Counted from the stretch's first letter, positions 20,543 through 31,499 are shown. The stretch is 64,000 bases of DNA from Microvirga sp. (GCA_031547465.1 JAVBRX010000034.1:2323-66322), one strand, 5' to 3'. Notes: generated from the sequence alone by a model not told the origin. Program-made: numbers and translations.

Positions 20543-21802
20543 CTAATGCGTGTCCACCAGCACAGCGAACGTCGCCAGCAAGGCGCGCACCGCCAGGTCG
20601 ACATCCTCCGTTCTGACCGATTCCGCCGGATGGTGGCTAACGCCATCCTTGCAGCGCACGAACAGCATCGCCGCCGGGCAAAGCGTCGCCATGACCGCCG
20701 CATCGTGTCCCGCTCCGGACAGAAGACGGTGTACGCCGACGCCGAGGCGGGCGACGGCGGCGGTGAACGCTTCGGAAAGGGCATCGTCCATCGCTGTCGC
20801 GGGCGCATCCATGATCGTCTCGATGTCGAGGGTGATACCACGGGTTTCGGCGGTTTTGCGCCAGGCGCGTTCGATATCCACCCAGGCGGCATTCCGCTCC
20901 GCATCCTCGGCGGAGCGCAGATCGAGGGTAAACGACGCCTTGCCGGAAATGACGTTTATCGCCCCCGGCTCGACGGTCAGCCGCCCGGTCGTGGCGACGA
21001 TGCCAGGTCGTTCGAGGGCAATGCGTTCGGCACTCAGGATCATTTCCGCAACTGCCGTGAGTGCATCGCGCCGCAGCAGCATCGGCACCGTTCCGGCATG
21101 GCCCGCCATGCCCGTCACCGTGGCATGGACACCCCTGATTCCGGCGATGGCGGAAACGATGCCGAGGGGCAGGTTGTTGCGCTCCAGTTCCGGCCCCTGC
21201 TCGATATGCAGCTCGAGATAACCGAGCGTCGCCTTGCGCGGGCGCGCCAGCGCCGCGATACCATCCGGATTGCCACCGAAAGCCCGCAGGGCTTCAGCGA
21301 GACTTACCCCCGCCGCATCGCGGGTTTCCAGCCACTCGCGACGATAGGCTCCCGCCAAAGCGGCTGAGGTTGAGTATTCGGTCGGAAAGCGGACATTCTC
21401 CTCGTCGCCGAACGCCACGATCTCGATGGCGAACGGCAACCGCACACCGTGCCGTGCCAGATACTCCACGGCGACGATGGCGCAGGCGACGCCAAGCACG
21501 CCGTCGAACGCCCCGGCGTCAATCACCGTATCGATATGCGAACCGACAATCAGCCGGGGCGCATCCGGTGACAATCCGTCATACACGCCTGTGACATTGC
21601 CCACGGCGTCGATGGTCGCGCGTAGGCCCGCCTGTTCCATCCGAGTCTGCAACCATTGGGCGGCAGAGCGATGCGCGGGTGACAGGTAGAGTCGGGTGAT
21701 CCTCCCCGGCTCGTCGGTGAAGCGCATGAGATCCCGCGCCAGCTGCATCGCCCGGCTGCCAACGCTGCCATCGTTCTCGGAAGAAGATTCGCCTCTGTTC
21801 AC
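20543..21802 (-). CDS. Allantoate amidohydrolase / M20-family Zn hydrolase
   Basis: GSHIDTV, FDG.LG, DEE, ELHIEQGP, GHAGT, SGAGHDA and SHHPAE. Confidence 0.88.
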   Translation of the reverse strand: MNRGESSSENDGSVGSRAMQLARDLMRFTDEPGRITRLYLSPAHRSAAQWLQTRMEQAGLRATIDAVGNVTGVYDGLSPDAPRLIVGSHIDTVIDAGAFDGVLGVACAIVAVEYLARHGVRLPFAIEIVAFGDEENVRFPTEYSTSAALAGAYRREWLETRDAAGVSLAEALRAFGGNPDGIAALARPRKATLGYLELHIEQGPELERNNLPLGIVSAIAGIRGVHATVTGMAGHAGTVPMLLRRDALTAVAEMILSAERIALERPGIVATTGRLTVEPGAINVISGKASFTLDLRSAEDAERNAAWVDIERAWRKTAETRGITLDIETIMDAPATAMDDALSEAFTAAVARLGVGVHRLLSGAGHDAAVMATLCPAAMLFVRCKDGVSHHPAESVRTEDVDLAVRALLATFAVLVDTH

Positions 21803-21832
21803 GGCTCTGGAAACCCGTCGATCGTTGTTTCG

Positions 21833-22804
21833 TCAGCTATCGAGCCGCTTCAGAACCATCGCCCGCAAGGCACGCAGATCCTTGACGAACAGCCGGATGC
21901 CCTCGCCGAGCTTCTCGCTCGCCATGGCATCTTCGTTGAGGAGGAAGCGGAAGGCTTTTTCATCCAGATTGAGCCGTGGTTGTGTTCTCTCATGACTATC
22001 CGGCGACAAGCGGCGCAGCAAGGAGCCAGTGCCTGCGGCCAGTTCGTCGATCAGGGCGGGGGAGATCGTCAGCCGGTCGCAGCCCGCCAGCGCCTCGATC
22101 TCACCGATGTTGCGGAAAGATGCGCCCATAACCACGGTCCTGATGCCATGCGCCTTGTAATAGGCGTAGATGGCGCGCACCGAAACGACGCCGGGGTCGG
22201 TCTCCGGCGTGTACGGGCCACCACCGTTCTTGACATGCCAATCGAGAATGCGACCGACGAACGGCGAAATCAGATAGGCCCCGGCATCGGCACAGGCGGA
22301 GGCCTGGGCCAGCGAGAACAGCAGGGTCAGATTGCAGTCGATCCCCTCTTTTTGCAGGATCTCGGCAGCGCGAATACCTTCCCAGGTGGCGGCGATCTTG
22401 ATCAGCACCTGCCGACGCCCGACGCCGCGCTCCGCGTAGGCGGCGATGATGGCGCGGGCTTTTTCCACCGTAGCCCGGGTATCGAACGACAGATCCGCAT
22501 CCACCTCGGTGGAAACCCGCCCGGGAACGAGCATCGCCAGTTCGGTTCCGAACGCCACCGCCAGCCGGTCGCATACAGCATTCGCAGTCACTGCGGGGGC
22601 AACACCCTGTTTGCGACCCCAGTGCAACGCCTCATCGACGATATGCGCGTAAGCCGGCATTTCCACCGCCTTGAGCAGCAGCGTCGGGTTAGTGGTGCAA
22701 TCCTGCGGCCTGAGGCGGCGCACGGCGTCGATATCGCCGGTGTCGCCGACGACCACGGTCATGGCGCGCAATTGTTCGAGTTTGGATTGAACGGACGGGG
22801 ACAT
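21833..22804 (-). CDS. tal: Transaldolase
   Basis: [41 protein letters not shown] and MGASFRN. Confidence 0.96.
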   Translation of the reverse strand: MSPSVQSKLEQLRAMTVVVGDTGDIDAVRRLRPQDCTTNPTLLLKAVEMPAYAHIVDEALHWGRKQGVAPAVTANAVCDRLAVAFGTELAMLVPGRVSTEVDADLSFDTRATVEKARAIIAAYAERGVGRRQVLIKIAATWEGIRAAEILQKEGIDCNLTLLFSLAQASACADAGAYLISPFVGRILDWHVKNGGGPYTPETDPGVVSVRAIYAYYKAHGIRTVVMGASFRNIGEIEALAGCDRLTISPALIDELAAGTGSLLRRLSPDSHERTQPRLNLDEKAFRFLLNEDAMASEKLGEGIRLFVKDLRALRAMVLKRLDS

Positions 22805-22909
22805 GCTATGCTCCAGTGACGTTACTGCAATCTTTTTCGATACGCCTCGCGATCACCCCCGACATCATCCGCTGTTCCATCGGGAACGGCGGAATTGTCT
22901 CGGTCAACC

Positions 22910-23018
22910 GCATGTTCTTTCCATTCAACCGGCGTGGTCTAACCGGAAAAATGTTTCTGTTTCTTTGTCCTGCAATGCTTGTGCGCTTAACCGGATCCCA
23001 CCTGAACGCGCATTGCCC
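22910..23018 (+). repeat. Degenerate BRU-RS/RIME-like repeat
   Basis: gcaatgcttgtgcgcttaaccggatcccacctgaacgcgcattgccc matches the right half of the copies at 48620 and 55488. Confidence 0.65.
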
Positions 23019-23313
23019 GGAGGCACGCGACGGTTTTTCCATCCTGCACCTTTCTGAAGGGAGACATATACCCACTCCGGCGGCGGATTGGAACCCGTCT
23101 CGGCTCCTTCGCCCATCTGCTGCCACGATGCCCACACACCGCCGCGACATGAAAAATTGCCTCTTCCTGCAAGCTTGCATCTCGTCTTTCGGACGGATTG
23201 CCGCTACACTGCCGTGAAAAAAGGGGCCGATCAGGGCCGGCAAGGTGATATCCGACCATCACCGAAATGGTCCGAAGAATGCCGTAACCCGCCTGCGAAG
23301 GGATAACACGCCC

Positions 23314-24435
23314 ATGAAACCGCGTGCTGCGAACGATAAACCTGCGCAATCCGGCAAGAACGCCGACAAGAACGGCAAAACCGGCGTTCCCCGCATCGGC
23401 AACGACAGATCGGGCAGAAACGGAATCGCTTTCCAGTCCGCAGAACACGCGGCAGCGGAATCCACTATTCCCCCTACCGTCGATGAACCGCCCGCACTCG
23501 ACGCCGCCGGGTCCATTGCCGATGCGGCGGCATCCGTTGCCAGAAGCGCCGAGGGCAAGGGACGTAAATCGCTGGCCGACATGCGCCACGATCCGGATGC
23601 GATCCGTATCGCCTTCGAGACCGGGGAATTCCCCTACCGCACCAAGATGCGCGAGCAGCAGTATCTCGAACGACTGCGCCAGATGCAGGCGGAACTCCTG
23701 AAGGTGCAGAACTGGGTCAAGGAAACCGGCGAGCGCATCGTCATCATCTTCGAGGGCCGCGACGCCGCCGGCAAGGGCGGCACGATCAAGCGCTTCACCG
23801 AGCACCTGAACCCGCGCGGCGCGCGGGTGGTGGCCCTGGAAAAGCCGGACGAGCGCGAACGCAAGCAATGGTATTTCCAGCGTTATATCAGCCATCTGCC
23901 GACCGGCGGCGAAATGGTGCTGTTCGACCGCTCCTGGTACAATCGCGCCGGAGTCGAACGGGTGATGGGCTTCTGCACTCCAGCAGAATATCTCGAATTC
24001 ATGCGCCAATGCCCAGAACTGGAGCGGATGCTGGTGCGTTCCGGCATCCGCCTGTTCAAATATTGGTTCTCTGTGACGCGGGAAGAACAGATGCGGCGCT
24101 TCAAATCGCGCGATACCGACCCGTTGAAGCAATGGAAGCTCTCGCCCATCGACAAGGCATCCCTCGACAAATGGGACGATTACACCCAGGCGAAAGAAGC
24201 GATGTTCTTCTACACCGACACGGCGGATGCGACCTGGACGATCGTCAAATCCGACGACAAGAAACGCGCCCGCCTCAACTGCCTGCAACATTTCCTGTCG
24301 ATGCTGCCCTACCCCGCCAAGGACCAGCGCCTCATCACCGGCCCGGACCCGCTGATCGTCGGCTCGACGGCCTTCGTGATCGGACGAACGGAAAGTTTCC
24401 CGCAGCCGATGCAGAAATCTCCAAAGCCGGAGTGA
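23314..24435 (+). CDS. ppk2: Polyphosphate kinase 2
   Basis: FEGRDAAGKGG, QWYFQRY, FDRSWYNRAGVE and DPLKQWKLSP. The start is uncertain because of a long low-complexity N-terminus. Confidence 0.93.
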   Translation: MKPRAANDKPAQSGKNADKNGKTGVPRIGNDRSGRNGIAFQSAEHAAAESTIPPTVDEPPALDAAGSIADAAASVARSAEGKGRKSLADMRHDPDAIRIAFETGEFPYRTKMREQQYLERLRQMQAELLKVQNWVKETGERIVIIFEGRDAAGKGGTIKRFTEHLNPRGARVVALEKPDERERKQWYFQRYISHLPTGGEMVLFDRSWYNRAGVERVMGFCTPAEYLEFMRQCPELERMLVRSGIRLFKYWFSVTREEQMRRFKSRDTDPLKQWKLSPIDKASLDKWDDYTQAKEAMFFYTDTADATWTIVKSDDKKRARLNCLQHFLSMLPYPAKDQRLITGPDPLIVGSTAFVIGRTESFPQPMQKSPKPE

Positions 24436-24896
24436 ACCGGCAACTCCCGGTCTGCCAAGGGTAACGACTGGATTGATCGACGGATCGGACCTGCGCAACC
24501 CCGATTCCTCGCCTTCATGTTCCCCGGTTTTCCGGACGATGTCAAAATGCCGGAGAACAGGGAGGCCCAGATCGAGATCCTTCAGTAAGACAGTTTCCGG
24601 CAAACATTGCCGGAAACGAAGCATTCGAGTGCGGAAAAGACAGGATAGTGGAAATACAATATCCTGTTCACCGCGCCTTCATATGGAACCCGATATGATA
24701 AAGATGGATTTCATGGGCAACTTCGCCGGGTTTCCTGCGTTGCCGGAATCCTGACGGACGTCGAAAACGAGTCTGCCGAAGCGCGTTCCTTTATGCATGG
24801 CAGAGGCATACCGGTTTTCTGGCTCGAATTCCTACCGTCTGACGCCGGGTTCAGTAACCCTGGCATGACGACGGGGTGTATTACCGGAGGAAAAAC

Positions 24897-25475
24897 ATGA
24901 AACGGATCCTCATCCTGGTTTCCCTCGTCCTGCTCGGCGGATTGACAATCGCCTCCGACGCCTTCGCGCAATTTCATCGCGGCGGCGGTGGCGGTTTCCG
25001 GGGCGGGGGAGTATCGATGCCGCGCCCGGCCTTCCGGGGCGGAGCGCCCGCAGGCGCATTCCGGGCCGCTCCCATCGCTCGTCCCGGCATCCCGTCCGGA
25101 ACACGTGGCTATGTCGGCCCACGAACCCGTAATTACGTCGGCCCGGGTGTTCGCCCAGGGTATCGACCTTATCCAGGGTATCGACCTTACCCGGGCTACC
25201 GGCCTTATCCGGGTTATCGCCCGTACCGGTATGGATATCGATATCCCTACCGGAATTACGGCTATTACGATTATCCCTCCTGGGGATGGGCACCGTTCGT
25301 CGGCGGCCTGGCGATCGGTACTTATGTGGGTAGCGGCTATTCCGGATCGGGCGCGCTTGGCCAGCATTGCGCCACCCCGGTCAAGACCTGCCGTCTGACC
25401 AACCCCAGCTATATCGATGGCGGTTGCTCGTGCCGGGTCGGCAAGGGCCGCAGCCGGGGCCGGGTCGTACCGTAA
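24897..25475 (+). CDS. Secreted Gly/Arg/Pro/Tyr-rich protein with a C-terminal four-Cys domain
   Basis: GGAGG RBS; signal peptide ending AFA; PGYRPY x4; C-terminal CATPVKTC...GGCSC. Confidence 0.8.
   Translation: MKRILILVSLVLLGGLTIASDAFAQFHRGGGGGFRGGGVSMPRPAFRGGAPAGAFRAAPIARPGIPSGTRGYVGPRTRNYVGPGVRPGYRPYPGYRPYPGYRPYPGYRPYRYGYRYPYRNYGYYDYPSWGWAPFVGGLAIGTYVGSGYSGSGALGQHCATPVKTCRLTNPSYIDGGCSCRVGKGRSRGRVVP
25155..25226 (+). repeat. 18-bp tandem repeat x4 encoding PGYRPY
   Basis: ccagggtatcgaccttat / ccagggtatcgaccttac / ccgggctaccggccttat / ccgggttatcgcccgtac. Confidence 0.9.
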
Positions 25476-25536
25476 CGGCCCCGGGTCGAATATGCGTTGT
25501 AGCCTCATGCGGGGTCGCCGGACCGGCGGCCCCGCA

Positions 25537-25626
25537 TTGGTATTTTGTGCTGAAGTGAAAACCGGTTCAGCGCAAAATAAAGGAAACGAAGCGTCTTTCG
25601 ATCCAATTCGATCAAAAGACGCTCTA
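25537..25626 (-). repeat. BRU-RS/RIME-like repeat, reverse orientation, internally deleted
   Basis: Minus strand TAGAGCGTCTTTTGATCGAATTGGATCGAAAGACGC...TTCCTTTATTT...GAACCGG....CACTTC aligns with 53356-53460. Confidence 0.75.
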
Positions 25627-25715
25627 ACTGGAACGTGGGTCCATGCGATGTGATATGAGCGTGATATCTCATGCTCATGTGCCGTGATTCGGCCTGCCGC
25701 CCGGAACCGTTCTTA

Positions 25716-26762
25716 ATGTCCTCCACCCGCCCGATGCTCACCCCCGAGAAACGCCAGGACGATCCCGATACGTCGCTGCGGCCCCTCGTTCTCGACGAGT
25801 TCGTCGGCCAGAAGCAGGCGCGGGCGAATTTGCAGGTGTTCATCGAGGCGGCGCGGGTGCGGGGCGAGGCGCTCGACCACGTGCTGTTCGTCGGCCCGCC
25901 CGGCCTCGGCAAGACGACCTTGGCGCAGATCGTGGCGCGGGAACTCGGCGTCAATTTCCGTTCGACCTCCGGCCCGGTGATCGCCAAGGCGGGCGACCTT
26001 GCGGCGCAGCTTACCAACCTCGAAGAACGCGACGTGCTGTTCATCGACGAAATCCACCGCCTCAATCCGGCAGTGGAGGAAATCCTCTATCCAGCCATGG
26101 AGGATTACCAGCTCGATCTCATCATCGGCGAAGGCCCGGCGGCGCGCTCGGTAAAGATCGAACTGCCGAAATTCACCCTCGTCGGCGCGACCACCCGCGC
26201 CGGGTTGCTGACGACGCCGTTGCGCGACCGCTTCGGTATTCCGATCCGTCTCGAATTCTACACCGTTCCCGAACTGGAACTGATCGTCAAACGCGGCGCG
26301 CGGGTGCTCGGCATCGGCATGAGCGAGGACGGGGCGAACGAGATTGCCCGCCGCGCTCGCGGCACGCCGCGCATCGCCGGGCGGCTGTTGCGCCGGGTGC
26401 GGGATTTCGCCATCGTCGACGGCGCGGCGAAGGTGACGCGCGACCTGGCGGACGGGGCCTTGCGACTTCTCGATGTCGACGGCATCGGCCTCGACCAGAT
26501 GGACCGAAAATACCTCACCACCGTCGCCGTATCGTTCGGCGGCGGCCCGGTCGGCATCGAGACCATCGCCGCCGCGCTCTCCGAGCCGCGCGACGCCATC
26601 GAGGAAATCATCGAGCCGTATCTGATCCAGCAAGGCTTCGTGCAGCGCACGCCGCGCGGGCGGGTGCTGACCCCGCACGCCTTCCGCCATCTGGGGATGA
26701 CTGAGCCGAACCGCGAGCCGATGCAGTTCAACCTGGCAATCGGGGAGGAGAGCGATGACTGA
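25716..26762 (+). CDS. ruvB: Holliday junction branch-migration helicase RuvB
   Basis: [34 protein letters not shown] and RTPRGR. Confidence 0.97.
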   Translation: MSSTRPMLTPEKRQDDPDTSLRPLVLDEFVGQKQARANLQVFIEAARVRGEALDHVLFVGPPGLGKTTLAQIVARELGVNFRSTSGPVIAKAGDLAAQLTNLEERDVLFIDEIHRLNPAVEEILYPAMEDYQLDLIIGEGPAARSVKIELPKFTLVGATTRAGLLTTPLRDRFGIPIRLEFYTVPELELIVKRGARVLGIGMSEDGANEIARRARGTPRIAGRLLRRVRDFAIVDGAAKVTRDLADGALRLLDVDGIGLDQMDRKYLTTVAVSFGGGPVGIETIAAALSEPRDAIEEIIEPYLIQQGFVQRTPRGRVLTPHAFRHLGMTEPNREPMQFNLAIGEESDD

Positions 26763-27210
26763 CCCAGCGCACAACATGCCCCGCCCGCTGGCCGGAGCGA
26801 TCATCGACGGCGCGCATTGCCTGGTGCTGCGCGTCTATTACGAGGACACGGATTTTTCCGGCATCGTCTACCACGCCAGTTACGTGCGGTTTCTGGAGCG
26901 TGGCCGCACCGACGCGCTGCGGCTCGCCGGAATCGACCAATCGACCCTGTTCGCGGACGGCCAGGGCCTCGCCCTGGTGGTGCGCTCGCTGACCATCGAT
27001 TACCTGAAACCGGCGAAGATGGACGACATCCTCACCGTCGAAACCCGCCTGAAGGAGATGCGCGGTGCCTCCTTCGCCCTGAACCAGCGAATTCTCCACG
27101 GCGAGGATGTGCTGATCACCGCCGAAGTCCTGATCGCCGCCCTCGCCCACAATAGGCCCGCCCGCATCCCGGAAGCGGTGCGGGTGGCGCTGGTGCGGAT
27201 AGGTGGTTGA
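26755..27210 (+). CDS. ybgC: YbgC-family acyl-CoA thioesterase
   Basis: [25 protein letters not shown]. Confidence 0.92.
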   Translation: MTDPAHNMPRPLAGAIIDGAHCLVLRVYYEDTDFSGIVYHASYVRFLERGRTDALRLAGIDQSTLFADGQGLALVVRSLTIDYLKPAKMDDILTVETRLKEMRGASFALNQRILHGEDVLITAEVLIAALAHNRPARIPEAVRVALVRIGG

Positions 27211-27300
27211 AAAGGCTGTACAAAAAGGCAAATTTCTTGCCTTTTCAACATCATCTGTGAAGCAAGATGGCTCGATCCCAATTAAAAGAGGCTTTGGAGC

Positions 27301-28212
27301 TCAAGTCGAGATGCCACGTGTAAATCTTTCAAGATTGCCAACTGACAACAAGTTATCGCCAAGGTATTCTTTCAATTTTTTATAGTGGGCACCCCATATC
27401 TTTCCATTTTTTTGGTCTTCATCAAATCCAAAAATAATAAGTCTTATATCTTTATTAATACATAGAGATATATCTTTAGAAACAATATTTTTCATTTGAG
27501 TAAAATGATTTACTTCATATCTTTGATTCATGCCTTTAAGTTTAGTTAGGTTATCGCAAATAGTTTGATATGAATTTTTTAAATCTTCACTATTATTTTT
27601 AATCAAATTCTTATAATTTTCTAATTGTTGTATTACTAAAAATTCTTTATTATCTAAACTTCGGATTGAATTATTATCAAAACATTTTACTTCATAGAAA
27701 ATAATTTCTCCATTACCTTCATGATACCGGAACGTAGAAAAATCAATCCGTTTGGTTGAACCATTCTGAGTAGCGGCTTTGCTAAAAGTTATTTTTAAAT
27801 CAATAATATTTTTATTAGCCATCAGGAGCTGATGGATGCCTGTTTTTTCAGGTTTAGAATAGGGAATAGAAGATTTTTTTAAAAATTCTATATCAGACTT
27901 ATCATCTAGCTTATCCAGAAAGAAGTTTCTATAACAAAAATTTTCTATTTTACCATTCGTAAATTTAATCTTAGGATTAGGCATGCTTGGTTTAAGCAGG
28001 TATTTATAATTAATTTTATAAATTAAATCTTTATCCTTAAAGCTAAGTTCTAATAAACTACATCCATTCGAGTAGACATTGATATGTTTTTTTCGAATTG
28101 CAATAAATAAACTTTTATCATCAACAATGTCACGCCACAATCCGCCGCGTTCATATTCTTCATTTAGTTTTTTAATAAATTCTTCTTTGAGTCCTCGTTT
28201 GAAAGCAGGCAT
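27301..28212 (-). CDS. Hypothetical protein, probable PD-(D/E)XK-fold nuclease
   Basis: 303-aa ORF in AT-rich DNA with GGGG RBS. Motif order EK...RID...FYEVK...QQLENY fits E-D-ExK-QxxxY nucleases. Confidence 0.65.
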   Translation of the reverse strand: MPAFKRGLKEEFIKKLNEEYERGGLWRDIVDDKSLFIAIRKKHINVYSNGCSLLELSFKDKDLIYKINYKYLLKPSMPNPKIKFTNGKIENFCYRNFFLDKLDDKSDIEFLKKSSIPYSKPEKTGIHQLLMANKNIIDLKITFSKAATQNGSTKRIDFSTFRYHEGNGEIIFYEVKCFDNNSIRSLDNKEFLVIQQLENYKNLIKNNSEDLKNSYQTICDNLTKLKGMNQRYEVNHFTQMKNIVSKDISLCINKDIRLIIFGFDEDQKNGKIWGAHYKKLKEYLGDNLLSVGNLERFTRGIST

Positions 28213-28288
28213 TATTTCCCCCTGTTGCCACTGAAGGCCAATGGATTTACATTGATTACACGAGAAGTAGAGAATAGAGTAAATTTCT

Positions 28289-28713
28289 ATAGGGAGTTTT
28301 GCACTATTAAAATGTGCGCCTAGATATTTAGGCGGTTATGCCAAAGCCGCGCAAGACACTATTTGACGAACCATATCAGGAAATCATCCTGCGCCTTGTT
28401 GCGCGTCGCAAAGAGATCGGGATGACTCAATGCGATCTGGCGGAAGCATATGGCGAGGATCAATCCTTCATCAGCCGTATCGAGAGAATGCAGCGTCGGC
28501 TGGATGTATATGAATATATGGTATTCTGCCGGATACTGGATATTGATCCGAGCGAAATTCTGCGCCCGCTCTGGGAGGCTGTCCCCAAGGCTAAGGCTTC
28601 ATCAAAAGACTAGTGGATTATCAGGCTTCGTCTTTTGGCCATTCAAATCTCAAAAATTTTTGTCTATCTATTTGAAATTTATAATTTATTTTAGATAGTG
28701 CAAAACTCCCTAT
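28289..28713. repeat. Perfect 19-bp inverted repeats flanking the XRE gene (28289-28307 and 28695-28713)
   Basis: atagggagttttgcactat ... atagtgcaaaactccctat. Confidence 0.92.
28338..28613 (+). CDS. XRE-family helix-turn-helix regulator
   Basis: RRKEIGMTQCDLAEAYGEDQSFISRIERMQRRLDV fits the HTH_3 pattern. Confidence 0.9.
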   Translation: MPKPRKTLFDEPYQEIILRLVARRKEIGMTQCDLAEAYGEDQSFISRIERMQRRLDVYEYMVFCRILDIDPSEILRPLWEAVPKAKASSKD

Positions 28714-28832
28714 TTTTATTTACCCTGATGTAACCATTAGATAAAATCTTCTCAGCTAAGCGCTTGAGTCATGGTTCGACGTTGCACGAGAAATATGGAC
28801 CTGTCTCATAATCACAAATAGAGGGGCAGAGA

Positions 28833-29312
28833 ATGAAAGGTAATATTTCAGCATCCTTATCATTATTATGTGTCGCATTAGGAGGTTGTAGTGGCGGTGA
28901 GAGGCTGCAAAGAAGGGATAACATGAAAATTGGGGGCAGTGCTGCTGTCGTTTGTGCCACTCTATTACTTGGAGGATGTTTTCCCGATGCGCCATCATGT
29001 TCTGAAACGAGCGTCACGAACCTTGTTAAAAGTATAGCCAAACAATAATTTGCCAAAGACCCATCTTTCGTAGGGCTTATTGATATTAATAATAGCCACT
29101 ATGATGTGGGTTCAATTATAACTGAGCAAACAATAAACAAAAAGACTATATGCAAAGCTAAATTAAATATTAAACTTGAATTTTCTGCTGTAGTAAAAGC
29201 AGAAAAAGAAAGGTCATTGAATCTCCCAAAGGAAATTGGTTTGGACATTACGTATAATGCTGAGCGAACGGATAATGGTAAGGAAGTGCTTGTAACAGTT
29301 TATGGGCTTTAA
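28833..29312 (+). pseudogene. Lipoprotein pseudogene with in-frame TAA at 29046-29048, preceded by a second signal-peptide remnant
   Basis: ORFs 28833-29048 and 29106-29312 share a frame with a single stop between them; two LGGC lipoboxes. Confidence 0.72.
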
Positions 29313-29318
29313 TCCAAC

Positions 29319-29352
29319 AAAAGAACCCCGGAATCGCTTCCGGGGTTCTTTT
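29319..29352. terminator. Bidirectional intrinsic terminator downstream of groEL
   Basis: aaaagaaccccggaa-tcgc-ttccggggttctttt. Confidence 0.9.
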
Positions 29353-29377
29353 ATTCATTCCGTGAAACCGGCTGGAC

Positions 29378-31033
<1,656 letters not shown>

Positions 31034-31077
31034 CTAAATCTGTAAAAAGCCTTCAAATGATCGATAGAGCGCGGCGA

Positions 31078-31365
31078 TTACGCCAGCACGCCCATGATGT
31101 CCGACTCCTTCATGATGAGGAGTTCCTGGCCATCGATCTTGACTTCGGTGCCGGACCACTTGCCGAACAGAACACGGTCGCCCGCCTTCACGTCGAGGGC
31201 AACGAGCTTACCGTTTTCGTCACGGGCACCGGGGCCGACCGCGACCACTTCACCTTCCTGCGGCTTTTCCTTGGCCGTGTCGGGGATGATGATACCCCCT
31301 TTGGTCTTCTCTTCGCTATCGAGGCGGCGGACGACGACACGATCATGCAACGGACGGAACTTCAT
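31078..31365 (-). CDS. groES: Co-chaperonin GroES
   Basis: [10 protein letters not shown]...[16 protein letters not shown]. Confidence 0.99.
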   Translation of the reverse strand: MKFRPLHDRVVVRRLDSEEKTKGGIIIPDTAKEKPQEGEVVAVGPGARDENGKLVALDVKAGDRVLFGKWSGTEVKIDGQELLIMKESDIMGVLA

Positions 31366-31432
31366 GGATAAAGATCCTCTTTATCGACTGACGGAATGAA
31401 ACGGCGCTATTTTTCGCGCCGAGGGGAAATTG

Positions 31433-31459
31433 TTAGCACTCGGCAGCCCTGAGTGCTAA
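31433..31459. promoter_or_regulatory. CIRCE element (HrcA operator)
   Basis: Exact TTAGCACTC-N9-GAGTGCTAA upstream of groES. Confidence 0.97.
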
Positions 31460-31470
31460 TTGCGCTGCTG

Positions 31471-31499
31471 AGATAAGAAGGACGTTTGCAAGAGTCAAG
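31471..31499 (-). promoter_or_regulatory. RpoH-type promoter of groESL
   Basis: CTTG-N18-CTTATCT on the minus strand, just upstream of CIRCE. Confidence 0.75.

Larger units (their letters stand above)
27211..29315. other. AT-rich horizontally acquired islet
   Basis: Abrupt switch to AT-rich sequence right after the ybgC stop, returning to GC-rich sequence at the groEL terminator. Confidence 0.8.

Noticed and set aside
25155-25226. Tandem repeat as a CRISPR array
   Set aside because: The 18-bp units have no spacers, are in frame within a CDS, and there are no cas genes.
27301-28613. Classical type II restriction-modification system with a controller protein
   Set aside because: There is no methyltransferase in the islet, and the IR does not resemble a GACT-N3-AGTC C-box.
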